The notes beneath the pieces were generated by a model. It was not told where the DNA came from. It did not search any database and saw only the letters and a list, made by a program, of their open reading frames with translations. A stretch of 64,000 nt of DNA from Phoronis australis. Its lineage: Eukaryota > Animalia > Phoronida. Location: NCBI GenBank assembly GCA_002633005.1, contig NMRA01000320.1:293328-357327 (forward strand). Reading direction: 5' to 3'. Below, one piece after another: positions 51,282 through 64,000 of the stretch. The first letter of the stretch is position 1. Each line of letters begins with the position of its first letter. A program made the position numbers and the translations under genes.

Positions 51282-53499
51282 GTTGAACTGGAGTGCTTAA
51301 GCTGGCTGTTTAATATTATACCGTATTTATATGCTCTGACAACAACCAGTCGTTCTTGAACTATCCAATCATATGATAGTCATGCGAGAGGTGTTCTTGT
51401 GAAAGCAAGTAATTAATTTCTTTGACGAATCGGCAATGGGATTAGACTGTATTGCAATTTGCCTGTTTTCAGACAAACCTTTTTAATCATCGTTTGACTG
51501 CTCATTATCAGTTCGCGCTGCAGTATCTGCAAAAGGAATTTACTTGTCTCAAATGGCTTGACACCCTCAGGCGACTTCTGAGGTTCACGGCTATTTGTAG
51601 TGAATGAAAAATGGTAAAGTTTTCACATTAAAGTAAAATGTAAATACAGGCAAAGTCGGGTATATCGGAAATACATGAATTATGATAAGCTGCTTGTATT
51701 GGATAAGGCATAATCAAAGCACGCGCGAATACATTAATAAGTGTATGTAAAATGTATCATCCGCAACAAGGATGACAGGTTACAATGAAACACACCGTCG
51801 TCACCGTAGTAGATCTCAATAGTTTGTCCTACCTATGAAGTCTGCGAAAATAACATGAAAATATCTCAAATAGTTGCATGTGTTGGGAAGTAGACTTAAC
51901 ACGCCAGTCCAAGCAGTCCCTCGATTATGTGATTCCATATTATCTTACCACTCGTTCAAAGTCCTTACGCCCTTCTTACATTTCTCCGTAAGAACTTTAA
52001 TGTACCACACACATTGTATGTAGCACTGACTGCTAATCGCACAACTGGGCCGACATTATATATTAACTTGAAAAAATGATCCTCAGGCCCAGTCTGGGCC
52101 AGTGACTAAATGAAAAAATAAAAAGCAGTGACCTACACCATTTTACAACTGGACGTTCCCGCTATGTCGCTGGCTAAGATACGAAAATTGAATTGTGACA
52201 AAAACATTTCTTAGTGGTAACGCTTCCAACAGGAACCTCGAAATCTTGAGTGGCGATCTTGTTTCAGAGTGAATCCTAACATATCGAATTCGAAAATGTT
52301 TGTACATTACTCAAACCTCTGTGAAATAGGAATACGCGGGATTAAACCAAGCAATTTTATATTAGTTTTTAGCCAGCTAAAGAGGTTATGCAGATTGGAA
52401 ATCTCAGTCACCGCCATCCAGTTTTTAACTCTTGCTATTTTGATGATAGCCCCTGGCTCTTTGTATGAAAAGTGCTATAAAGATAAGATAAACTTTATTA
52501 TGCTTCTTTCAAAAGAATAAATGAAGTGTTAGGAAGGAATTTTACATACAGATAGTTTGATGCCTGCATTAAGCGCAGAGTCATGATAGGTAGGGTATAA
52601 GTATCTAATTTGACTGTTTTGTTTTGTTTTGTTTTGTTTTGATGTCTTCGTTACTTGCAAATCGTCATCTAAATGGTATGTGTTGTCAATAAAATCCGAC
52701 AAAGACGATTTTGGATGACCAATTCATAATTTATTAGTACAACCTATGTTGTATCAAGGGACTGCGCTCAACGAAGTTAAAATCAGTTATAAACAGTTCT
52801 GTTGTTATCAATCTCAGTATTTTTCGCTTTGCGCTGGTCTTAGAAGTACATTGTGCTGCATGGGATGATCAAGTTATTAGAAAGAGTTATTGGTCGAATA
52901 CATTACGAAAAATGTTGGAAAGGGTGTTGAGTGGAACCACGCAAAGGAAAATTGGAATTCAGTTGATATGAAAAGTAATGGTAATCAAACTGCCCAAATT
53001 ATTTTACGGTGATACTTGCATTCTACAAACTTTGCCTGGCGCAGTTTTGAGCGCAATTATGTCTTTCACAAGACTCCGATGGCACTCTAAAGTACAAGCA
53101 ACGCTGTGCAATATCTTACAAGGGATGCCGACAAAGTTTCCAGCGCCTTTAATTGATTATCATTTACCAAAAATTCTGCCAACTTCAGTGAAGAGTTGCT
53201 TTGCGGGCAACGCCTTTAATGGCTTGGAAATTTCTTTTGTCAGTGGATCGGCACGACATAACAACGCTGTGTCAAAGGAAGATCAATAGGCTTTAGCACC
53301 CAAATTAAACTGCGCTCCCAATTTCACACCGGATCTTGTTTGCCACGTGGTACATTCCCTGTCTGTTCTGCGACTGGGTAATTGAAGTTAAGGGAGTAGC
53401 CCAATTAAAAAGTCTGGTGACTGTCAGAGCATGTAATATTCGTATTCAAGTTTACACAGTCTGGATAAGCCATGTCTTGACTGACTATGAGAGCAAAAA

Positions 53500-53960
53500 C
53501 TTCCAAAATCTACAATATAAGAGCACAACCGTGAAATTTGGCACACAACATATTCATAGTGTTTAATGAAAATCTAGACGACAAAAACAATTGTCTTAAA
53601 ACTTGACCAACTATGAGAGGCAAAAAACTAGCATAAGTCAGGCCAAACATGAAATTCTTGCCCATTCTTACGCAAAGTCAAAGCAAAATCGCTTCCAAAA
53701 TCTACAATATTAAGAGCACAACCATGAAATTTGGCACACAACATATTCATAGTGTCTAATGAAAATCTAGAAGACAAAAACAATTGTCTTTAAACTTGGC
53801 TGACTGTGCGAGCCAAAAAGCTAGCATAACTCAGGCCAAACATGAAATTCTCGCCAATTCTTACGCAAAATCGAAACAAAATCGCTTCCAAAATCTATAA
53901 TATTAAGAGCACAACCATGAAATTTGGCACACAACATATTCATAATGTCTAATGAAAATC
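53500..53960. repeat. About 192-bp tandem repeat, 2.4 copies
   Basis: cttccaaaatcta.aatat(t)aagagcacaacc.tgaaatttggcacacaacatattcat at about 53500, 53692 and 53885. Confidence 0.93.
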
Positions 53961-56337
53961 ATGAATACAAATGTCACTTCTTTCCGTAAAATACTGTAAC
54001 AAGATTTTAACACTCAAAAATGTATTGCTGAAAACCCCCTAGCATGTAGTAGACTGGAGATGAACAGATATCAGAGGACAGGTTATTCCCGGTATTCAGT
54101 CAGAGCCACGAGTCGGTGGGTATAAAGAATGACAAATGTAAATTACATTACATACTTTGTTGACTAATTTTGCCGGGATTTCGCTAGTTGTCAAGAATCG
54201 TAGCTCAAGAATCTCGCTTGATGAATTAAAATGTCAAAATGAAAATTAAGTGATGAAATTAGGCTTGATTTGATAACTACACTTAATCAAAACTCAGTCG
54301 AGCTGACGGTCGGAAATTCTCAGTGCAAACTCTCGTGGCTAGTCTCAGGGTCACAAGCTCTAATAATAGAATACATTGATCACGTGCGGGAGTTGGCATT
54401 TCAGGTCTAGGGTTACATGCTATTTCTAACAAAAGCCTTGCTGTCAAATCTTAAATTGCTGATTGTGACTTGCAAAATACTAATACCCAGTTATCATGGC
54501 AACAGTGCACAATTCAGCTCGGCAACCCACTAAGTTTCAAAAAATGGTCAATATAAGTAATTAAAACATGGCATCCTGATTTTGCCATCAAACCTAGAAT
54601 TTCTGATTTTAGTCGGTTGACAATCAGTGTATGCAAACTTGATCTTGGGACTTTTACGTCACTTCCCTTTTGTTGCTTAGTAAATGAGAGTCAGGCAAAC
54701 AATAATTTAGGCTGAAAATGTGTCTATATATCCAGACTGAAAATGTGCCTATAATAAACAATGTGGTTTTCATTCTTAGTTAGTAAGTATTATTTTACAA
54801 TTAGATACTTGTAAGTATAAGTGTTTATGGTCCAAGCGATCGAAGAAAACAAAATATACAAATATCCAAAGTGAAGGGATGTGTGTGCAATTTTTAAAAA
54901 CAGGTGAAATGATCTGCACCATTATGCATCCTTACTCACTTGAAACGTATTCAGCATTTTACTACATCTGTCTTATTTCACAAAAGTGTTCAGAGATCCC
55001 GATGTGAAAGTGCGCTATTGGTCCACAGACATTCCTCATTCGTTCTAAAGTAAGTCAACACAAAGAAAATGACAATAGCGCCACCAATAGGTACAGTTCG
55101 ATAAAATGGCAAAGGTGCCTGAACACGCATCTGACCATTTTCAGTGCCGTAAAACATCCATGTGGTCTTAATGGCGTAATGGCACGAAATTTGCGACACT
55201 GCTTTGTCACAGGGGGCAGCGATAGGCATTTGTGACGTACGTTTTCCAGAAATGGCTCGTAATTTATTTTTCATATCTCCTCTATTTTTTTACTTCTTGG
55301 CCTTGTCATCAGGCCGTCTTCGGCGACGGGGACTTGCTTTGGCTGTAAATCTCTATTACCGTTTTCATCACGCTTTTCGTCTCATCACAGATCTGCCCTG
55401 AAATAGAAAATTTCCCATGTTTCTTGTGATAATCAGTTATTTCATTTTTAAAAATTGTCAGGGTGGTAATCACAAAATTAAATTCACTGGCCTTGAAATA
55501 TCAGTCGGCCTAGTGTTCTTAACCGTTTAAAAACGATTGGATTGTTAAAAAAACTTCTTTCAACAGATAGCTATTTTAGATGTATTGGGCTAGCCAGATA
55601 GCAATACTTTACCGACAAAAGAAAAAATCACTAATATAAATCGGTAAATAAAACAACAAGAATGGATCAACTGAAATTTGAAATTTCGTGAAACAATAGT
55701 ATCATTGGGAGGATCTGGATCGCCTTATTTAGTTTCAGATACATTTTCTACATTATTAAAATCACTCAAACGTGGGCACGTCTAAGGGCACGTGAAGCAG
55801 CCTTTCGTGTCATATTGCATTAAACTTTGAAACTTACCCTCACAAAATCAGTCTCAATCGTTTTCTTAACATGTTTGAACTTCATTTACGCTATCTCAAT
55901 GGACATTCATAGTATTAAACAGTGCTTGAAAATGGTAGGGTTAGCGTGCCTTTCCAAAACGTCAACCCTCTCATGCAATAGAATGCTACTCATTGCCTAT
56001 CATATGTGTCAATGCACTCACGGGGTGCCATTGCTCAAAAACAGCGAAGCCGACTTTTTTGACTGTTTGGAATTACAAAGCTTCTAGGTATGACACAAAC
56101 GAATGTAAGTCCACTGTAGAATATGTATATGGAGTCAGGAAAAAGCAATTTGTCGTATTATCTGTAAAGCCTTTCAGTTGCTTGTACGTATAGTATTTTT
56201 ATTGCCTATGGGACACACGTCCGAACTGCACATGGGGCATATTTAATTGTCTATGGCATTACCTATTAAGTATATCAAACAAATGAGAATATCAAGTTTG
56301 ACTTGGACACACGCTGGGCGAGAACATGCACACTTAC

Positions 56338-59300
56338 CAGCACAATAATCACACGACAGAGCTTTTGAACCATCCTCTCTTCGGACAATTTCTTTGCACT
56401 CCGTTTCTATCTGATGTCCACATTCCAGAGAACACGTTAGCGAACGTCTGCACGTGAGTTGGCATCTAAGTGCGCAAGTGTTTCGGCATGGGTGAGAGCA
56501 AACTTTGCATGGAAAGGTACACACTCCGAAGTCTAGTTGCTGATAACAGTAAACTACACTTTTGTGACCGCATCTGGGATTAACCCTTTCTACTTTCACT
56601 TCACAGCGTTTCGCACATATTTCGTGACAATAATTTGGACATTTATGGCCACAAGCCAAGACTGTGTCACATGGATTCTCACACTTGATATCTGACGATT
56701 TCCTTGAACATTCTACTAACACTGTATGACCACATGGGTGAATTGTTTTGGAAACAAACTCCATGCATTTTCCGCAATCTTCGTAACACCGCAGGGGGCA
56801 TTTGTGCCCGCAGGGTCTCTCTCTAGAACAGGGATGGTTACATTTCACAGCGGCTGGGTCCTCATGGCACATCGCGTATTGCATGTGTCCACACAAAGGA
56901 ACTTTCTTTTCTACCAACGTCTTGCATTTAAAACTGCCCGGTGCTTGGTAACAAGGCAACTGATGAGCGTGGTTGCAGTTCACCATGGGCTTGGTCACTA
57001 AAACGAGACATTTGCCAGAACATTCCGAGCACAGTTTCGAACATGGATGTCCTTCACTGCATGTATGCTTGCATTTTTCCTTACATTCGAAGGAATTGGA
57101 ATCCTGAAAGCACTCCATCTTCTGGACATGCCCACATTTTTCGATTACCTTATCAACCAAAACTAGACATGGACCACAATCATCTTTACATAACTGTTTA
57201 CATTCATGCCCATTTGCACACTTTTTCTCGCACTTCGACTCACAATATTTTCTCATTGGCTCCAACGAGCATGGCCACCTGACCAAATGCCCGCACTCTG
57301 GTACCGTCTTCTCCACGACCACTTTACACGAATAACATTTCTTTCCTGTATGGCAAAGGTCTGGACATTTGTGACCTTGGCCGCAATTTACCATATCGCA
57401 TATTGCCTGGCAACTCGAAAATTGGCTAGGTGACTGGTGACAATACATTTCTTGAAGATGTCCACATTTCTCTATCAATTTTGTCATTTTCACATCACAT
57501 AAACATTTTTCAAAGCAGTACCTCTGACATTTGTGTCCATTCCCACACTGTTTTGCACACGGTTCCTTACACTCGAACGTAAGGTGTTCTGGATCGTATG
57601 AGTGACAGTGACGTTTACAAACATGCCCGCACTTGAGCGTGGCATCACATAATCTGCTGCAGCCCCCGTCAGGGGACTTTTCAAAGTCTTCGGCTTTTCT
57701 TGCTTCAATCACATCATCTGGATGTTTCTGACAGCACAGCTTTAAGTGCGAGCCGAAGTTATTCTCTGCCTTCACTTTAGAAACTAGTTTTTGCCACAAT
57801 CTTGTCGTAGAAGATAGATCGCTGAAATTCCCGATTACGTACAATCCCATTTTAGCCCGTGAAAAAGCAACAGTTATGCGATTCTGAATTTTGAGAAAAC
57901 CAATGTTGCCCTGGTTATTACTTCGTACTAAAGACAGTAGAATTATGTCATTTTCCTCACCTTGAAAATTATCAACTGTTGTTGTACGAACTTTATCATA
58001 TTCTAGACCTTCCTTTGACATCTTTGACATCACGTCCTTGATTTTCAAGACTTGCCCAGTGTACATGGTTAAAATTGTTATTTGACTGCCAACATACCCT
58101 TGTTTAAGAAAGTATCTGCACAGAGCTGTGATGTAATCAGCCTCATGTTGATTTGATTTACTGCTTAACTCCTCATCATTGTTTTCCATCTCATTGTGGT
58201 CAATGAAGTAAAGGTTATGTAAGACACCTTTGACGTTTTCATATTTGTTCACAATGTCATGGTTCTGGAGTTCTGGGTAAATGGGTTCCATCAGTGCAGC
58301 AATTTCTGGACGCATGCGATGCTGTAACTGAAGACTGTTAAATGTTATGCCGTTATTTATCATTCTTTCGAATAATGAAATCTCCAGATTGTATCTTTTC
58401 GCCAGCTCGTGCACGTTCGGATTTGGTCGCAACTGCTTATGATCACCAATTAGAATAAGGTGCTGACAACCTTCACTCAGCGTTGTAATAAGATGTGCTT
58501 CGAGGACTTCAGCTGCTTCTTCCACTATGACAATCTTTGGCTTGATTTGTTCAAGTGCTGCTCTGTATTGTGCTGCACAAGATGTTGTCATACCCAATAT
58601 AGACGCCTTGCTCATTGTTAGCGTGTCTCTAAGAATGCGTAGCTTTTTTCTTCTGTTACAAGTGTCGTTGTATTCAGCTTTTAACTCATTGATTCGCATT
58701 TGCGAGTGTTGAATAAATTCATTTCTCCAGAAACGGTAGATATTCCATCTTTTAGCATCTGATAATTCCCACAGTTGTCTATGTTTTTCTGCTTCCGGCT
58801 TGTTCATCGAAGTTGGCACGTGCATTTGGTCTTCCATCCGTGTTAGACATTTCTCCTTTCTCCTCACAGTTTTCCATACATCATTAGAATACGTGACCGC
58901 GTTTTGAAAATGAAGACCTTTGTGTTCGAAAGATCTTGTCCCTCTCCAAGTTGTTTCTCTATGTTCCTGTTGTTTTCGGTGTCCAGCAGGTTCAACTTCA
59001 AAGACAACTCCCATGTCTTCATCCAGCTGCGTTGTTCTGTTTCTCGGTTTCTGCACGCACGGACACATTGACTGGAGGTCTAACCAATGTAGAATTTCAG
59101 AATGCTGTCCACAACTATTACTGTAAGCCCATTTGTCAGTTACATCGCCAAGGTATCTTTCGTGTAATATACCTGTATCCAATCCTTTCACTTTTGCATA
59201 CATTTCATGACGAAATGCTTCGCAAGGTTGGGGTTCTAAAATCGTTTCCGGTTCAACCGAATACTGGCGGAACTTGTCTCTCCAGTGCCGATACAAACAC

Positions 59301-61653
59301 CATCTTTGACTCATGTTCAGTTGGTAGATATTCTTTGACTCAAGATGAGCCGCTTCTTCGGATGATGTTTGTTCTAACCGGTTTGAGACCATTTCATTTA
59401 GAACTTCACGGTTGTTCTGAAAACATTCCTGGGTGGGCAGATAGGCGAAGTAGTGAGAAACATTTTCTTCGTATATTGCTTCCGTATTTGGTCGGTTGTT
59501 CAATGTGTGCCGAGGCTCCAAATTCAGCCAGTGTAGCATGAACGAACCTCTACCTTTGTAACTTTTTACAATTTCTTTCAACTCTTCATCAAAATCAACC
59601 AAATACATTTCATGGACAATTCCATTTCTGAGTGCTTCTATTCGGGCATTTGCTTCATCCATGCCAACTTTAAAGTTCCGCGATTGATAAAAATTATGTA
59701 GAGACACCAAGCAATCCGAGTATTCTTGCCTCCATAATCTATAGTGCATCCATCGATCATCTCCATTTAAATCCCAGAGATGTTGACCTGGAATCCTAAT
59801 CGCATATTCCGTCTTTTCAACCTCTGCCCAGGCGTCACCATCATTTTTGGAATCTAGTTTTAACGCTAGAATTCCATCCGCAGCTTCTTTGAAATGTTGA
59901 GGTATCTCAATGTCTTCACAAACCATTCCCAAGTGAAGCCACGGACGCAAAACGTCGCACAAATCAAGGTTCTGTTTCACCGCTCCCTTTTCAAAGCAAA
60001 CTCTCTGCTCTTCGGTCATGAAAGGGGACAGTTTGCTGTAAGATATGACGTTTCTTTTAGCGTTCTCAATGTCACTCTTAGTTGTTTGGATGGTGTGGCG
60101 GAGAAAACTAATGTGATCCTCGTTCTGTTGATATAAATAGTTTTGTATAGGCTTCTCTCTTTGATTTCTGAGAACGTACTTTTCCAACTCCTTACTCTTA
60201 CTTCTGCCGCCAACACGAATGATTCCTTTCCCAAGGAAGTTGTCAATACCCTCCAAAAACTGATCTAAAGCATGATTTGTGTAACAGACAACTAATATTG
60301 GTCCATCATTGATTCTGTTCTTTAAAAGAACTTGAACAATTTTGAGACCAACATATGTTTTCCCAGTTCCTGGTGGGCCTTGAATGATTGCAAACTCTTT
60401 GGTCAAAGCTGTCATGATTGCTTCCAGCTGAGAATTGTCTAAATTTAAAGCTGATAGAACTGGCCATTTGTCCTTGACGAGAAGTGGGATTTGTTCAATA
60501 TCCAAAACTCTTCTTCCTTCTTTTTTCAGTGCTGACAGATTGTATGTTGCTATTCCACAGTTTTGCAGGTACGACGGACCACTGACCTCAGTGTAGCATT
60601 CAATGATATAGTTACAAAAGGGAAATTTACCCTCAGCCATTCTCTGTAGAGCTTCTAAGACGGGCCTGTGTGCTTCAAAATAAGCCTTTGTTTCAACCAT
60701 GACGTATTGTTTTTGTGAAATCACTTCCGTGTCAACATCGGTCAGAAATGCAATCTTGACTTCACCGTCTTTAAGGTCGGAGATTTCTCTTTCGGAAACA
60801 GTAGCAAGCAAACATGTGTTGAAGTCATCGTCAGATAAGCATACTAAAGAACCGAATATCAAACGTGATGATGATTGCCAGTTGACACCAGACATACGCA
60901 AAACATCAAACCGAATGCTGTGGATAATTCCGTCTTTTCCACAACCATCATGGATTACACGGACCCTGTTGTATACACGACCATCTTGCAAGCGACCCAC
61001 GTGCTTATTAAATTGTTTTTGTCTTCTATAATCCGCAACAGCATTGCGTAGTGGTCTAACACAGTCTTCACGCAATAGTCGAAATTGTATGTGAAGGTAA
61101 GCTGCAGCATCTGAATAAGCTCCTTTGTATCTAATAGGAGACAAGAGTGGTATATCCCCGTGAATGTCGTCAGGTGAGGGAAATATGGAAGCTTCCCTAA
61201 TGTTGGCTAGTGGCAGATTTGGTTTCTCGCGTATCGCATTTTGAGTGACACTCTTTTGATGGAAAAGCGCCTCTGTTTCGCTATTCATTAACGTCAGAAG
61301 CTGTTCACTACGACGATTTTGGCTGTTCATGGCAGTAACCTTTTTGAGCTCATCGCAAACGTACATCATGCTTGATATAATAGAAGCCACATTGATATAT
61401 GAGTGCGGCAATTTAGTCAACATCACTCGAAGGAGGCGCGCCAGATTAATCATCGTTTTTAAACTCCCTTCCTGGTCTGCGTATGACGCCATATTGTTTG
61501 GCACTTTCACAATGTAGTTCCTGACATCAGTTAAGAGAAATGTTGACTGCTGAAGGTACCCAAGACATTGTGGAACTATCAGGGGCATCGATGAATTTGT
61601 AGACACTTTGGCAAGCAAGCAGAGTATGGGAGGAACCATGTCTGCAGGGCAAG
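56338..61653 (-). CDS. ZNFX1: ZNFX1-like paralog B, large exon: SF1 helicase + extended NF-X1 zinc-finger array
   Basis: 1813-aa ORF with YLHIQFRLLRED, RLIFGSLVCLS, GPPGTGKT, YTNHALDQFLE, VEEAAE, IGDHKQLRP, TVDNFQGEE, NRITVAFSRAK and about 14 C-(G/N)-H finger units. Acceptor ATTACAG| at 61655-61654 (phase 1); likely donor G|GTAAGT at 56338, otherwise the ORF stops at 56243. Confidence 0.93.
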
Positions 61654-61925
61654 CTGTAATATAATAGTATCTTTCACAATACATATTCGCACTACAATCA
61701 ACGCCATTTCACGTAAATTGCCCTCGTTGACACGACTGATTCACAAAAGGAGGCTTACGGTTGAATATCAGATTATTATCAAAATGCTATATCGAGCAGA
61801 ATGTGCAAATATGGAGCATCAACAAAATTTACGACCAATGCCTTGCTTTTCTCGGCTTAATTAAGTATGCCCACGTGACCTTTTGTGAAAAGGTACTCGG
61901 TTACTGCGACTATGTTAACACTTAC

Positions 61926-62059
61926 GTGTATTATCAATTATCTGTCTCAATTTTGAGTCGGAAGAAAGTATCTCTAATAACACAGCACTTTCATCTTTTT
62001 CTTGCATCAACTTAAAGTATCTCATCTGCTCAGAGTTGTCCAATTGTCCACTATTTTGT
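61926..62059 (-). CDS. ZNFX1: ZNFX1-like paralog B, exon 2
   Basis: Acceptor TTAATTCCAG| (phase 2) and donor C|GTAAGT (phase 1) bridge exon 1 and the large exon exactly. MRYFKLMQEKDESAVLLEILSSDSKLRQII aligns with paralog A exon 2. Confidence 0.8.
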
Positions 62060-62354
62060 CTGGAATTAAGACAGAGAGGATTATTGTACCTAGTGAAACA
62101 AATGGATGTCACCCATAATGTTAACACCATTTCTAAAAACTACTGGCCTCTTTACCAGTGCCGCTGTAGCCTTTAGGTGAGTTTCAGACACATATGGTGT
62201 TTTGTAATTGACTACTGAACTAAATTTACAATTCTTGCCCATCTGAACAGCTAAGAGATACATGTATGTATTCCCAGCAAAATGTGAAGAATCAACAAGA
62301 AGGCGCCACACAATAAATGAACATCAACGCAAATTATGAATACTTTAATCTCAC

Positions 62355-63055
62355 CTGCCACTTGGTGACATACCACACTCCCGTCCATTGTATTTGACTT
62401 TGCGATCAGGCACTTTGCAGTCCCTTCCTGTGGACGGAGATCGCCTAGTGGCCGCCTCAGATCTTGACGCTGACTGTTCCCTCAGTACAGCAAACTGATC
62501 ACGTTGCGACCTGCTTCCGTTGCTCTTCGCACGTTCTGGAGAAGTCCACAATCTTCTGGCGGGTGATTGACTATGTCTGGATTTCGCATGTTTATCAACA
62601 TTTGACTCCTTCCTTCCATAGGTATATGCTCTCCAGCTGGATGGCAACCTGTCTTCACGGGTCTCTGAGCCCATCCTCCGAGACGGGCTCCATCTGTGCG
62701 ATGTAGGACTGAACATGTGTGAACTCGGCCTGTGAGGCGGCGACAGGCTCCTCCGCCAAATTAGACTACTATCCTTCGTCGCCTTGCCGCAGTCGTTTTT
62801 TGGTTGACCTTCTCGACTGTCTGTCAGCTGATACAGTGCTTCTTCCTCTTCGTCCATTGTCAAGTAAACGACAAGTCTATCGATGAGTCCCACCACTTTT
62901 ACGAAGTCGTAAGGTTTGTGACTGGAGATTAGTGAAGATTGTTGCTGCTGGGATTTCTCTTAAAGCTGAACGTGCTCCTGGTGGTCGACCTCACTTTCAT
63001 CCTTTCCGGTAGCTCTGCCACAACTCTGGCCAATGAAGTCCATGGCGACTTCCAT
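62355..63055 (-). CDS. ZNFX1: ZNFX1-like paralog B, first coding exon (Ser/Arg-rich; in-frame TAA at 62962-62960, alternative ATG at 62857)
   Basis: MEVAMDFIGQ...DESEVDHQEHVQL* is in frame with ORF 62351-62896. Donor AG|GTGAG is phase 2; acceptor GCTTTAG| at 63092-63091. Homologous to 15111-15384. Confidence 0.65.
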
Positions 63056-63957
63056 CACACTAACCCGTCAAAGCCTTCTCGACGTTGTTCCTAAAGCAAC
63101 AACATTGACACAAATATCAACTCACGAAGCCACATGTGGCAGCCTCAACAAGATCACAGTTTTGTTCTTGGTACAAAATTCATAAAGTTTGTTGAACAAG
63201 ATTCTGCATACATGTCTTTTAGTAGAAAAGATAGTGACAACTCAACATGCATTAACCGGTTCCTATTTGCTGTAAATCATTATTGGCAGCAATACGAAGG
63301 TGTTTTCAAAATTCTAAGCAATAGTAAAACAATAGCACCTTCAAGCTTTGACATGCACCCATCGAGTGCATTCAAAACGGTAAAGATATTACGGACGCTC
63401 CCTCATTTCAGATACTTTCACGGAAATCAGATCCATCCGAAATCAACATCAGTTGTGCCCTCCACACAGGGATCACGCAGGGCTAATTACACGAAGATCC
63501 ATTGCATAACAGGGTAGACATAAAGAAGGCAGTCGTAATGACAACTTGATAGAAGGGGTGGTTTTTCCAGACATTAATAACAGAAGATTTGTTCTCTGCT
63601 TGGTGGCCACCTATTCCATTTCCTCGATCGCCATCTACTACACCCCCACCTCAAGGGTAAGCATTTTCGCCCCCTCTCGGGTCAGCAACGAATTCTACCT
63701 CTCGATCGCCAGTAATGCGATTTCACGGACGCAATCCACCAACAGCTGTCCGTGAGCCATGTTTGTTAATTTATGCACTTCCAAACACGTTTCTTTTTGT
63801 GTGCGTTTCCCATGTTTTGAAAGTGCGTGTCCGGGTTCACAGGACCGTGGGCCGCTTTCATACGTCAAGTGCTACGTTATGTGCGTGAGCCGTTTCACCA
63901 GGACAGCCAGATAAGCTGTTGTGTATGTATTGTTACCGCCAAAGGCGTACCTGAACT

Positions 63958-63995
<38 letters not shown>

Positions 63996-64000
63996 TGTGC
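63958..64000. repeat. (TG)n microsatellite
   Basis: Directly visible. Confidence 0.95.

Noticed and set aside
56243-56337. Hydrophobic C-terminal tail of ORF 56243-61684 as a membrane anchor
   Set aside because: It follows a consensus G|GTAAGT donor, so it is probably intron read-through; not excluded without RNA data.
61654-61684. ATG at 61684 as the start of paralog B (likewise ATG 8591 for A)
   Set aside because: Splice acceptors lie at these positions and upstream phase-compatible exons exist.

Overview
AT-rich, intron-containing, transposon-dense animal (probably marine invertebrate) genomic DNA, with assembly gaps at 22804-23035, 34228-34493 and a single N at 40963. The main genes are two tandem minus-strand ZNFX1-family (UPF1-like SF1 helicase + NF-X1 zinc finger) paralogs. 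Paralog A can be rebuilt as four phase-compatible exons (15384-15111, 12416-12135, 8599-3140, 795-605; about 2068 aa). It ends in the RING-like/RZ-finger module and has an acidic tandem-repeat insertion inside the helicase. Paralog B (63055-62355, 62059-61926, 61653-56338, last exon uncertain) has intact helicase motifs, a triplicated helicase-insertion module, a long zinc-finger array, no visible RING/RZ module and an in-frame stop in its first coding exon. The introns and the ~40 kb spacer hold relics of Penelope-like, L1/Tx1, Gypsy, solo-LTR, Helentron/HINE-like, Academ, Kolobok, foldback, P/THAP and Ginger elements, plus hammerhead-like and tRNA-like motifs and several tandem repeats. All calls come from manual reading; no database search was run.
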